Shown here: piece by piece, positions 22,615-34,537 of the stretch
How the letters are laid out: the number at the start of each line of letters is the position of its first letter
Numbering within the stretch: the first letter of the stretch is position 1
DNA from: Octopus sinensis
Taxonomy: Eukaryota
Assembly (NCBI RefSeq): GCF_006345805.1
Contig: NC_042999.1
Coordinates: 46,128,001-46,192,000 of the forward strand
Length of the DNA stretch: 64,000 bases
Direction of reading: 5' to 3'
The notes under the pieces: model-generated
What the model saw: only the letters and a program-made list of their open reading frames with translations
Told to the model about the DNA's origin: nothing
The model's database searches: none
Position numbers and translations under genes: made by a program

Positions 22615-25159
22615 GTGGAAAACTAGCAGAATTGTTTGCATACTACACAAAGTGCTTAGCAGCTTTTCATTTATATTTGTGTTCCGAGTTCAAATTTCAC
22701 TAAGGCCAACTTTGCCTTTCATCCTTATGAGGTTGATAAAATAAGTACCAGTCAAGCACTGGAGTTGATGTAATTGGCTGACCCCTACTCCAAAGTTTTA
22801 AGTTTTGTGCTATACTAGGAAGGATTATTATCATTATCTTATATTCTGTTTGTCATTGCATTACTTAGCCTGTCAGTAATGCTTTCACATGATTAGAGAA
22901 AAAGCAGGAGAAAGAAAAGAGAGAGAGAGGAAAAAGAGGGAGGGAGAAGCGTCCATGACATGAGGTGGAAGGAATGTAATTGTAATGCTTTCATGTGAAG
23001 GAAAAGAGAGAAGAAAGAAAAAGAGAGAGAAAAGAGGATAAGGCGAAGAGTGAGACAGAAAGAGGGAAAAAGAAAAAGAGGGAGACTGAAGAATTCATGA
23101 CATGAGGTAGGGGTAATGTAATATTTATTATGTCATTAAAAAAGTTAGTTGAAGCTAAAGGAGGAGAGTTGAAAATATAATTTTAGCAGAGGGGTGATGT
23201 TCTGATGGTGAGGTAAGGGAAAGAGAGGGGAGAAGGGAGCGGAAGAGAGAGGTAGAGAGGTAGAGAGAGAGGAGGGAATTAACGCATACGCATGTGCAAT
23301 TCTGTGAAATACTCATGCTTGTTTATATGGCAGATATATACAATTTAACTAAAAGTTATATGTATAGTATATATTTTTTTTGTTTATGAAAAAAATGAAA
23401 AAAATTAGAGTGAATATTTATTTTATGAGTGCTGTGTATCAAGTCTGTAAAACTGTGCATAAAGTATATAAAGTGTATATATAAAGTGCATTAAATAATC
23501 ATTGTATTCCAATTTCTTTCACTTTTCAATGAGTAACAGATGAGCGACTATCTTTCCATACAGACTCAACACAGGTTACGCTTTCAGGTTTTTTGATAAA
23601 GTTTTCAGAAATGACCCAATAGGTTTACCATTAATTCTGTGAAATATTCACAGATTCTGCTAGTCATTATTATCATTATTATTATTCTGCTCCTCTTCTC
23701 TCCCCTACCTCCTCCAACACATATATCATTTGTTAATCCTCACCCCAACCTTACTCAGTTTCAAATGTTACCTGCTAATAATAATGGTTTTCAATTTTGG
23801 CACAAGGCAAGCAATTTCAGAGGCAGGGCCAGTCAATCACATTGACTCCAGTGCAGAACTGGTACTTATTTCATCAACCCCTGAAAGGATGAAAGACAAA
23901 GATGACTATGGTGGAATTTGAACTCAGAATGAAAACCTGTAAAAAGTACCACATAGCATTTTGTTCAGCATGCTAACAATTCTGTCAGCTCACCACCTTA
24001 ATAATAATCTTTTCTACTATAGGCAGAAGGCCTGAAATTTTGGGAGATGGGGCTAGTTGATTACATCGACCCCAATGCTCAACTGGTTCTTATTTCATCA
24101 ACCCCAAAAAGATGAAAAGCAGAGTCAACGTCATGGAAATTTGAACTCAGAATGTAAAGACAAATGAAATGCTGCTAAGAATTTTGTCTGGCATGCTAAT
24201 GATTCTGCCAGCTTACTGCCTTTATAATAATAATAACAATAACAATAATAATAATAATAATATTAATAATAATAATAATAATAATAACAATAACAATAAC
24301 AATAATAATATAATAATAATAGCCATGTGTTGAGAGGGATTCTTTGGGGTTTGAATAATTCACCTCTGGAAACATGGGTGGTTTTTCAACATCCTTAAAC
24401 AACCCTTATTCAGGGACCTTTTGAGCGGGATGGGCTACTCAACCAGAAGAAAATTCTAAATGGGCCCCACCTGCAAGGTCATATGCTGTTTATCTTTTTA
24501 TGAGATCACAATGTCGCGCACATATGGTTGTGATGCATGTGCCTGGTGTACCCTTATCAGACGGGTAGTCATGATGGGTATATTGGGCTTCGTATATTTT
24601 ACCCCAGTGCTACTTTGATGGCATGAACTGCTCTCTCACTCAATAATAATATAATAATAATAATAATAATAATGTTTTGTCTTGATATAAAAGATGGGCT
24701 ACAGCAAATTTTCTGCTCAATACCACAGATTTGCTTGTCAGTTGTTTGACCTTAACCAGTTGAGTATGTCCCTTAATGGTTGACGATATGTGCATCTCTG
24801 ATCATGAGCAGAAGTAGTGGGAGAGCATCATAGCCAAGTGTTGAGAGGTATTCTTTGGGGTTTGAATAATTCACCTCTGGAAACATGGGTGGTTTGTTCA
24901 ACATCCTTAAACAACTATTATTCAGGGACCTTTTGAGTGGGATGGGTTACTCGACCTGAAGAAAATTCTAACAGGGCCCCACCTGCAAGGTCATGTGCTG
25001 TTTATCTTGATATGAGACCACCATGTCGCGCACACATGGTTGTGATGCATGTGCTTGGTGTACCCTTATCAGACGGGTAGTCATGATGGATATACTGGGC
25101 TTCGTATATTTTACCCCAGTGTCACTTTGATGGCATGCACTGCTCTCTCACTGAATGAT

Positions 25160-25196
<37 letters not shown>

Positions 25197-25600
25197 GTTT
25201 CGAATTTTAGCACAAAGCCAGCAAGTTTGGGAGAGGTGGTAAGTTGACTAGATCAACACCAATGCGCAACTAGTTCTTATCTTATTGACCCTGAACAAAT
25301 GAAAGGTAAAGGCAACCTCAGTAGAATTTGAACTCAGAATGTAAAGATGAATGAAATACTGTAAACATTTTGCCCAGCATACTAACAGTTCTACGAGCCT
25401 GCCAACTTTATAATAATAATAGTAATCTTTTCAACTAAAAGCACGAGGGCTGAAATTTCACTGGTACTTAATTTATTGACCCCGGAAGGATGAAAGGCAA
25501 AATCAGACTCTGTGGCATATGAACTCTGAACGTAAAGACGGACAAAATGCTGCGAAGCATTTTGTCTGGCATGATAATGATTCTGCCAGCTCGCTGTCTT
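22615..25600. mobile_element. SINE-D copies: 22615-22830 (+); 23790-24000, 24005-24225, 25195-25410, 25425-25600 (-)
   Basis: GAATTTGAACTCAGAA, GGATGAAAG and TTCTGCCAGCTC motifs, separated by (AAT)n. Confidence 0.8.
24321..25195 (+). mobile_element. Two tandem 5'-truncated copies of one retroelement 3' end with (AAT)n tails (Dong/R4-like by inference)
   Basis: 24321-24673 and 24674-25195 share about 320 bp (AGCCA.GTGTTGAGAGG...CTGCTCTCTCACT); each ends in (AAT)n and the first is also preceded by (AAT)n. Confidence 0.65.
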
Positions 25601-25628
25601 ATTAATAAAAATAATAATTATTATTATG

Positions 25629-25666
<38 letters not shown>

Positions 25667-25694
25667 GATAATAATAATAATGATAATGATGATA

Positions 25695-25779
<85 letters not shown>

Positions 25780-25930
25780 CATTATTATTGTTAACAATAA
25801 TTATTATTATAATGTCTGTTTTTGTATTGTTCCCCTCATTCTTTGCCCAGGTGGCAAATAAGAGAAATCATTATCATCATCATTATTATTATTACTATTA
25901 TTATTAATAATATTATCATTATTATTGATA
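25600..25930. repeat. (AAT)n/(GAT)n then (ATT)n microsatellite
   Basis: Strand polarity switches at about 25741. Confidence 0.95.
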
Positions 25931-26231
25931 AATTAATTAGTTAATTATGTCCTAATAGAGGCATTCTTTCTGTACATGCCTGCAACATTTATAGTCTTTG
26001 GATGGTATACTGGGGGTGAGGCTGTATGAGAATGCTGATGGGAATTTTCATTCATTCTTCTTCTTGTTATTGTCAATGTTCAATGTTGTTGTTGTGAATC
26101 AGTAATTTAGCACTGTTCAAAAAAGTATTCTAATGAGGACCTTTCCCAATGTGACATACACTCATGCATAAATAAAAACATCCAGTCATGCCTGCACACT
26201 GTATACACACACGTGCACACACGCACATATA

Positions 26232-26387
26232 TGCATGGCTGTGTGGTAAGAAGCTTGCATCCCAACCACTTGGTTCTGGGTTCAGTCTCACTGCATGGCA
26301 CCTTGAGCAAGTGTCTTTTACTATAGCCTCAGGCTGACAAAAGCCTTGTGGGTGGATTTCATAGATAGAAACTGAAAGAAGACCAAC

Positions 26388-26424
<37 letters not shown>

Positions 26425-27271
26425 CTGTTCAATAAGTATCTAGACTGTTGCCATAGTAACGAAGGTAAAGCATGCAGAGTGAAGCTGCTTGGCACAGACT
26501 GACCTTGAACTCTGCTGTGCATGTGCTCTAAGTTTTAACATTCTAGCTCCCTTCCGCTGTTTACAGCAGTGCTTGGAAAAAGGCGTGTGGTGTGTGATCA
26601 TTGCAGTGACCATGATAGAGAAAGTTGAGCAGAAAATCTGCATCAAATTTTGCCAAAAGCTTGGTGTTACCTGCTCAGAGGCCTATGAAATGTTTTCAAA
26701 AAGATTTCATTCTTGTGCAACTGAAACCCGAGTGTGGTTTTGATCAGCTGAAAAAAGTTTTGGACCAAACTTGGCAGAAACGTGTCTCATACCCAAACCT
26801 TCTGTGATAATGGACTGAACTGAACCATAATTAATATGCACATCCTCTGATAACTCATGGATTGTGATTCGACAATTTCCCCTCACAGCTGCATGCACAT
26901 CTGCGATGTTTTTGCCAGTTCTGCTGGTTGCAGGTCTCTGAGAACATTCGTCAATAACAACATTTTTCAGTAATCTTGGAAACGTCTGGACCTCTCATAT
27001 ACACTTGTATGTGGCTCATACACTCCTCTCCACACACTTTCTGCAACTTTGTATAAACCGCTGAGTAGGTATTGCTATGACAACTTCTTCTGTTATAGTC
27101 TATGCTACAATGCTACAATCACATGCTACACACGTTCCTTCCAAGCACTTCTGTAAACAGCAGAAGTGAGCTAGAATGTTAAAACTCAGTGGCCATGCAC
27201 AGCAGCTTCACTCTGCATGCTTTAGCTTCGTTACTATGGCAACAATCCAGATACTTATTGATCAGATCTTG

Positions 27272-27314
<43 letters not shown>

Positions 27315-27545
27315 TGTGTGTGTGTGTAGTGTGTGTGTGTGTGTGTGTCTGTGTCTGTGTCTGTGTTTGCCCTCCATCACCATCACCACTTGACAACCGA
27401 TGTTGTTGTGCTTATGCCCAATAGAATGAGTACTAGGCTTACAAAGAATAAGTCCTGGGGTCGATTTCTTCGACTAAAAGATCCTTTAAGATGGTGCTGC
27501 AGTATGGCCACAGTAAAATGACTGAAACAAGTAAAACACTAAAAG
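26232..27545 (+). mobile_element. SINE-A split at its (TA)n tract by a mariner foldback
   Basis: 5' half 26232-26420; 3' half resumes about 27345 and ends TGACTGAAACAAGTAAAAC. Confidence 0.8.
26421..27271. mobile_element. Non-autonomous mariner derivative with two 5' ends (head-to-head)
   Basis: GATCTG(T/A)TCAATAAGTATCT(A/G)GA(C/T)TGTTGCCATAGTAACG at both ends; plus MIEKVEQKICIKFCQKLGVTCSEAYEMF; minus RITIHELSEDVHINYGSVQSIITEGLGMRHVSAKFGPKL; TA flanks. Confidence 0.8.
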
Positions 27546-27574
27546 GATATATATATGTATCTTGTTATCTTTTA

Positions 27575-27758
27575 TGTTATACTTGTTTCAGTCATCAGAC
27601 TGTGACCATGCTGGGGCAGCATCTTGAAGAATTCATAGTCATATAAATTGACCTCAGTACTCTTATTCTAGCAGTGTCCCTTACTGAACTGCTAAGTCAC
27701 AGGGATGTAAACAGACTAACACAGGTTTTCAAGTGTTTGTGAGGGACAAACACACCCA

Positions 27759-27800
<42 letters not shown>

Positions 27801-27950
27801 GCTTCTTTCAGTTTCTATCTACCAAATCCAGCCACAAGGCTTTGGTTGGCCTGAGGCTATACTAGAAGATACTTGCCCAAGGTGCCATGAAGTTGGTTTG
27901 AACCTGGAACCATGTGGCTGGGAAGCAAGCTTCTCACCATAAAGCTAAGC
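27575..27950 (-). mobile_element. SINE-A, diverged
   Basis: Reverse-complement body and tail motifs. Confidence 0.8.
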
Positions 27951-28245
27951 TTGCATTTATATATATGTGTGTGTGTGTGTGTGTAGGTGTGTGTATGTTT
28001 GTGTGCTTACATGCATGTGGGGATGTGTAGATAAATGTATGCATACATACTTATATACATATACATATATATATATATATATATGGCATGAAACAATTGT
28101 ACTACACTACCTTGGATATCCTTGTTGCTTATTTTGATTATAATCACCCCATTTGATTTATATGGATAATACCATACCAATTCTGGTGCCTTTAACTTAA
28201 GTACCATATTCATCTGAATCTAAATTTTGCTGAATATTATATATG

Positions 28246-28281
<36 letters not shown>

Positions 28282-28309
28282 CATATACATAATATATATA
28301 CATATATAT

Positions 28310-29400
28310 ACTAGCTGGTGTACTTGGTAATTTTCTATTGAAATGCCTTATAACTGTGATATAAGAAAGCAATTTCGTTATAACTACCACAAAAGGTGTA
28401 TTTTCCGTCACAAAAATGTACAAAAACTGTCAGCTGGAGGAGGGCAGGATTGGTGGAGGTTGGTGAGAGAGGTTGGCAAAGGCTAGTGAGAGGCAAAGAC
28501 ATTTTCCTGCTTAGCGAAGGCATTTGGGAAATGTATAACTGCTGTCATTCACAGAAAAAACTACTGTTTTACCATGCGAGAAGCACTGTTGAAGTGTTAA
28601 GTGAAATTTGGCAATTGAGGATTGAATCCATGCTATGCCTGCATGAAGCCACTACAACTACATTGTGGAATAAAAATTCATCTAATGTCATGGAAAAAGT
28701 GTAACTGGAAAAATGCAGAATTATCGGAGTAATGGGCATTCAAAAAAGTATGTATGTATAGAAATGAATGAAGTCTTTAATGTTTAAGATTCAAATTAAA
28801 GAAGTCCAATAATAATGTTTAGCAGTTCAAAACTATGAGTAGTGAAATACAGAATTAGGTCGGCTGATCATGAGAATCAGATATTGATCGCTTAGCTAAA
28901 ATCTACAGGTGGTATGGGTTATTTCCCTTGGGTTGTTTGAATAAAATATTAGTAATATGTTGTGGGATCCATTGGAAGGGCCCTATTATCGATTTTTTTC
29001 AACAATCAAAGTATGTCACAAGGTTTCCAGACATGAGTTCAACTCATGTGTCAAATAAAGTATAAAAGTGATACTGTCTGCACAAATTAGAAATAGGACA
29101 CAAAAAATCAATATTCAAAGTAATCGAACATAAACAATGAAATGGGTTATTTCCCTTGAGTGTTAAAAAAAAATAATGTACAGGTGCTATAGGTTATTTC
29201 CATTGAGCATTTAAAGAAAGAATTAGTTATATGAGGTAGATATAAAGGTACCTTCCAGGGGTAGTATTATCGGTTTTGTCAACAAACTAAGTATGTTATG
29301 AGGTTTCCATACATGAGTTCTACTCATGTGTCTAGTTTCATTAACATCAATATTACGATGTAGGAGGAGTTAGCTAACAATTCCACAAACACACTGAAGA
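28310..29400 (+). mobile_element. Helentron-like non-autonomous element (HINE-type), diverged
   Basis: Starts ACTAGCTG after a TA run and ends TAGTTTCATT...GGAGGAGTTAG...ACAAACACAC, like the other HINE-type ends here. Confidence 0.45.
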
Positions 29401-29590
29401 AAAAACACAAGAAAGAAACAACAACGTGAGGATGTGGTACATGCAAAGTATTAAAAGGCACTCAGGGAAGGAAAAAAAAGGTTGTTTAATGTTTCGAGCA
29501 AAGCTCTTCTTCAGAAACAGGAGAGAGAGGAAAGTCCAAGAGAAAAGGAAGACAGAATAAAAAATATCCAACAATCCACATGCAGTTACA
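29395..29590 (-). mobile_element. Penelope-like terminal fragment (family H)
   Basis: Homologous to 8395-8715; abuts a TA run at about 29588. Confidence 0.6.
29484..29518 (-). ncRNA. Minimal type I hammerhead ribozyme motif with canonical core
   Basis: Minus strand GUUU-CUGAAGAA-GAGC-UUU-GCUC-GAAA-CAU-U-AAAC. Confidence 0.65.
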
Positions 29591-29604
29591 TATATATATA
29601 TATA

Positions 29605-30010
29605 TATGAAGCGAGATCATGGCTCACAGGATGGCCTGCTGTGCTTACCTTGGATCATAGGGCAACCTGCTGTACTTGAGGAGACCTATTGAGTCAAGTA
29701 CATCAACTTCAAAATAAAAATCAAATGGAAATCGTAGCTGTGATACCCGTACCAGTGGCACATAAAAAACACCATCTGAACGTGGCCGATGCCAGTACTG
29801 CCTTAAAAAGTGTCTGTGCTGGTGGCACGTAAAAAGCACCCACTACACTCACGGAGTGGTTGATGTTAGGAAGGGCATCCAGCTGTAGAAATACTGCTAG
29901 ATCAGACTGGTGCCTGGTGCAGCCTCCTGGCTTCCCAGACCCCGGTCGAACCGTCCAACCCATGCTAGCATGGAAAACGGACATTAAACAATGATGATGA
30001 TGATGATGAT
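29605..30010 (+). mobile_element. Element-E (RTE-related non-autonomous retroelement), 2 internal units, (GAT)n tail
   Basis: GGCACGTAAAAAGCACC units, GGAAGGGCATCCAGCTGTAGAAA, and CATGGAAAACGGACATTAAACAATGATGATG. Confidence 0.85.
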
Positions 30011-30028
30011 TATATATATATATATATA

Positions 30029-30420
30029 ATACCAGCAGTATCACCCAGCGTTGCTTGGGTTTGTTTCAACCCTTTAGAATTGGAATTTTTGAAAAGTAAA
30101 AATTTTGCATTATGTTGCTTGTTATTCTCTTTAAGTGAACATTTTTCTGGTTGAAATACACAGAAAAATGGAGACACAGCAGTCAAAAAATCGTAAAAAA
30201 TAGGGATTTTCATATAAAAAAAGCACCTTTTTGATGTAAATAATTTTTGGTGTTAACATGGTCTGATTTGAATTTTATCTTCTATGGAATGAAGAGGAAG
30301 CCTTCTTCTATCATACTTTCAATTTCGATCAATGTGTGCCGCAGGGTCTCGGAGGAGATAGTGTTAGTTGAAGGCTACCAAACCTGCCATACACAGACAA
30401 CTTCAGCTTTATATATATAT
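30029..30420 (+). mobile_element. HINE-type (Helentron-derived) element
   Basis: 5' end ATACCAGCAGTATCACCCAGCGTTGCTTGGGTTTG matches the 5' end of 57267-57796; 3' end CAGACAACTTCAGCTTTATATATA; TA flanks. Confidence 0.65.
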
Positions 30421-30639
30421 ATGAGTGAGTAGACAAATAAAGAGGCACTCAAAACCTTTAGTCGGTGTTACATATATTATTATTTAAAGCATTTTGATTT
30501 GGTTCCATGTAACTTCAAGTATTGTAGGCTTCACAGTTAACTGAACCCAACAAACTAGGTCTCTGTAAGAAGACCTTTGAAACTTTAAATTGCATTGGGC
30601 TGAATCAAACAATTTTAAATAATACTTATATATGTGTGT

Positions 30640-30995
30640 GTGTAGTCGAGCAAATCAACCCCAGGACTTTTTCTTTGTAAGCCTAGTACTTATTCTATTG
30701 GTCTCTTTTGCTGAACCGCTAAGTTACGGGGTCACAAACACACCAGCATCGGTTGTCAAGTGATGTTGGGGGACAAACATAGACACACAATCACACACAC
30801 AAAGACGCACACATATATATATACATATATACGATGGGCTTCTTTCAGTTTCCATCTACCAAATCCACTCACAAGGCTTTGGTAGGCTTGAGGCTATACT
30901 AGAAGACACTTGCCCAAGGTCCCATGCAGTGGGACCGAACCCAAAACCATGTGGTTGGTAAGCAAGCTACTTACCACACAGCCACTCCTGCGCCT
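30640..30995 (-). mobile_element. SINE-A, tail-truncated
   Basis: Reverse-complement head and body. Confidence 0.85.
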
Positions 30996-31763
30996 ATATG
31001 TATATTTAATATATGTAATATATGTATATTCATATATATATCTATATTCATATATATGTATATGGGTGTGTATGTGAATGATGTGTGTCTATGTGTGTGT
31101 GTATACCTATTAACCAAAACTTTCAAATGGGCCCCCTTTTTTTTAATTTTATGGCAGGATGAATTTAAAAAGGAGCTTTGCCTGCTAATTTTAGTAAGGT
31201 ACCTTCTTTCATTGCTGGAGTGAATTTAGGATTCTCACTTGTTGATATTGATTACAATAAGTCAATTAAGTATTGATCATTTCCATATTTTGGCAGTTAT
31301 ACAAAAGCTAAACCTCTGTTATCACCAACATACATTTGTGCATGTAAATGAACAAAGCAATGTCTGTGCATTTGCTTAACCTGCATGTAATAGCACTCAA
31401 TACTACAGCTGTATTATGCACCATTCTATCTTAAAACTGAAAAGCCACACATTTCATTTTCATTTGATCATTGATACAAATGATAGAGTGATCGTGGTCA
31501 TGGTGGGAATGTCTTTGATGAATGCTGCATTATGCTGATCCAGCTTTTTAAGAATTTGGCTGAGTCATCGTTGTGCAGTCTCTGTTGGATCGTGGATTTC
31601 CTGGGGTTTAAATAACAACATGTGTGTATCTGTATACATATACTTATCTGCTCTGTGCAAAAGAGATGATAAGTGTTATACATATGTGTATGTTTCTGTA
31701 TATATGTGTACAAGCATGTGTGTGTATGTGTATATAGATGTGTTGTGTGTGTGTGCATGTGTC

Positions 31764-31797
<34 letters not shown>

Positions 31798-31917
31798 TAT
31801 ATAAATAATAATATATACACATAAATATATACCCACACACATATGTATATATACATACATGCATATATATATATACATATGTATATGTGCTTATATACAC
31901 ATATATATATGTATACT

Positions 31918-31948
<31 letters not shown>

Positions 31949-32930
31949 GTATAGGTATCCAGATTTCTGAGTACCTTATTTCTTCTAATATATAATACCT
32001 GTACACCACCTCCAAACCTTCTAATGTATATATGCATATATACATACATATATATATATGTGCATATATATATATACACATATATACAAACACATACATA
32101 CATATATATAAATATATACACACATACATACACATACACACACGTGTTCACACACACACACATACCAATATATATACATATATACACATGTATGTATGTG
32201 TGTAAAGGTTGGTTGAAATAGCTGACAATTCTTGGTTGCCGCTATCTCTTGTACAGTGTACCACGAAAGATAAGCAAAAATGAACTTGCACTTCCTTCCT
32301 TCCTTCCTTTCTTCCTTCCTTAATCTTCGCATCGTTGCACTGGTTAATTGCTATAGTTCTTATCATTGCATTGTTGTTGCTGTTGTTAACGATGTATGGT
32401 CTTCAGAACCAGGTACATCAACGTGTATACAAAGTAACACTTTAAATGTAACACGGCATAAGAGGAGCATAGAGACGACCCCACCTATCCTACTAGAAGC
32501 AGCAGTCAAATCTTCTTATAAACAACACCCTACCCTCTTTTCAAGAAAAAAGTGTAGCGGGAGAGTGCATTAGATAATGTAGCCATACCTACTACACACC
32601 CACACATACATACATACATACATACATACATATCCTTCATACATACACACGTACATACATACAAGCATGCATACATACATACATACATACATGCATGAAT
32701 ACATACATACATACATACATACAAGCATGCATACATACATACATGCATGCATACATATCCTTCATACATACACACATACATATATACAAGCATGCATACA
32801 TACAAACACACACATACATACATACATACATACATACAAGCATGCATACATACATACATGCATGCATGCATGCATACATACAAGCATGCATACATACATA
32901 CATACATACATACATACATACATACATACA

Positions 32931-32961
<31 letters not shown>

Positions 32962-33237
32962 CCTTCATACATATATACAAGCATGCATACATACAAACAC
33001 TCACATACATACATACATACAAGCATGCATGCATACATACATACATACATATATACATATCCTGCATTCACTGTACTTGAAAAAAAAAAAAGACTGGATG
33101 GTTATTTCTGGGCTGCCTTTAATTCATAAGTTTTCTCTGTTAGGGCTGACATGATAATAAACAAACATTAACAACAGCACTGCCACCAGCACCACCACCA
33201 CACCACCAACAACAACAACAACAAGACAGCTGAAAGT

Positions 33238-33280
<43 letters not shown>

Positions 33281-33606
33281 CACCACCACCACCACCACCA
33301 CAGTTTTGTATACAAACACTAAACATGCACAGCAATGTATGCGCATACATAACAATGAGGCTTCACGCTTTTCCGATGTGATGATGTCATTGGGATATTT
33401 ATATTAGACGTTAGACTTACACGAGATTTCTGTGGCCTCAACTCAAGCTGTTTTGCTGTTTGCTTCTATCTTTCTAGCTATCTAGCAACTTAGCTGTGGT
33501 TTTCTACTCATCTATGTGCACGTGTGTCTATGTATATATATATAATGTGTGTGTATATATGTATAATATATTTATATATAGATAATATATATAATATTAT
33601 ATATAT

Positions 33607-33742
33607 AACCGATTAAGGACTGCACACGAAAAGTGGACAGTCAACATGCTAGATATAGCGTCAAATCGCCATTCTCCAAAAAGTTTATGTTCTCAGATCA
33701 AACTCACCAAAACCAAAGTAAATAAACAAGTGAAAAATATAC

Positions 33743-33750
<8 letters not shown>
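33607..33750. mobile_element. Single diverged copy of the 18850 palindrome arm
   Basis: ATTAAGGACTG(C/A)ACACGAAAAGTGGACAGTCAACATGCTAGATATAG...GTTCTCAGATCAAACT; TA flanks. Confidence 0.8.
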
Positions 33751-33778
<28 letters not shown>

Positions 33779-33784
33779 ATATAT

Positions 33785-34001
33785 AACAGAGTGCTGAAAA
33801 GTTCCTGGCTTTTGGTAAGAGAAATTAGAGGAGGATCTGTTAATTATGATTTTATTCAACATGTTCCCTTCTCAGATTCACACAATTATTACAGTGGTCC
33901 TTCAGTTTTTCTAAGCCCTGTTAAAGAACTTGGGAGGTTGAGCCTCCAACCAGGCCTTTCACGATACTCTTAAACACAGGAAGTTTCCAGCCACCTGTCT
34001 T
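33785..34001. mobile_element. Mariner-derived MITE, about 220 bp
   Basis: Ends GTGCTGAAAAGTTCCTGG and CAGGAAGTTTCCAGCCAC; second copy in opposite orientation at 48815-49047. Confidence 0.7.
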
Positions 34002-34236
34002 ATATATGTATATCTATCTATCTATCTATCTATATATGTATATACACTTACATAGGTATACATATACACATGCATACATATATGTATGTATATATGTGTA
34101 TACATATGCATATATATATATGTAGGTATATATATATATATATAATATATATATATATGTATGTATATTCATATGTCTATATATATATATATATATTTAT
34201 GTGTTTTATATATCTAGATGTATATATATATGTATA

Positions 34237-34303
<67 letters not shown>

Positions 34304-34402
34304 ACAGATTGTAAGTATAAACCATCCAGATTTCTGAGTACCCTATTTTTCTAATATATAATACCTGTACATCATTTTCAAACCTTCTAACATATATGTA
34401 TG

Positions 34403-34433
<31 letters not shown>

Positions 34434-34448
34434 CTGTTTATATGTATA

Positions 34449-34479
<31 letters not shown>

Positions 34480-34497
34480 TGTATGTCTGTATATATG

Positions 34498-34537
<40 letters not shown>

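Noticed and set aside
22860-23630. GA-rich segment with repeated CATGACATGAGGT and a transposon-like AT-rich end
   Set aside because: No TIR pair, TSD or coding motif could be established.
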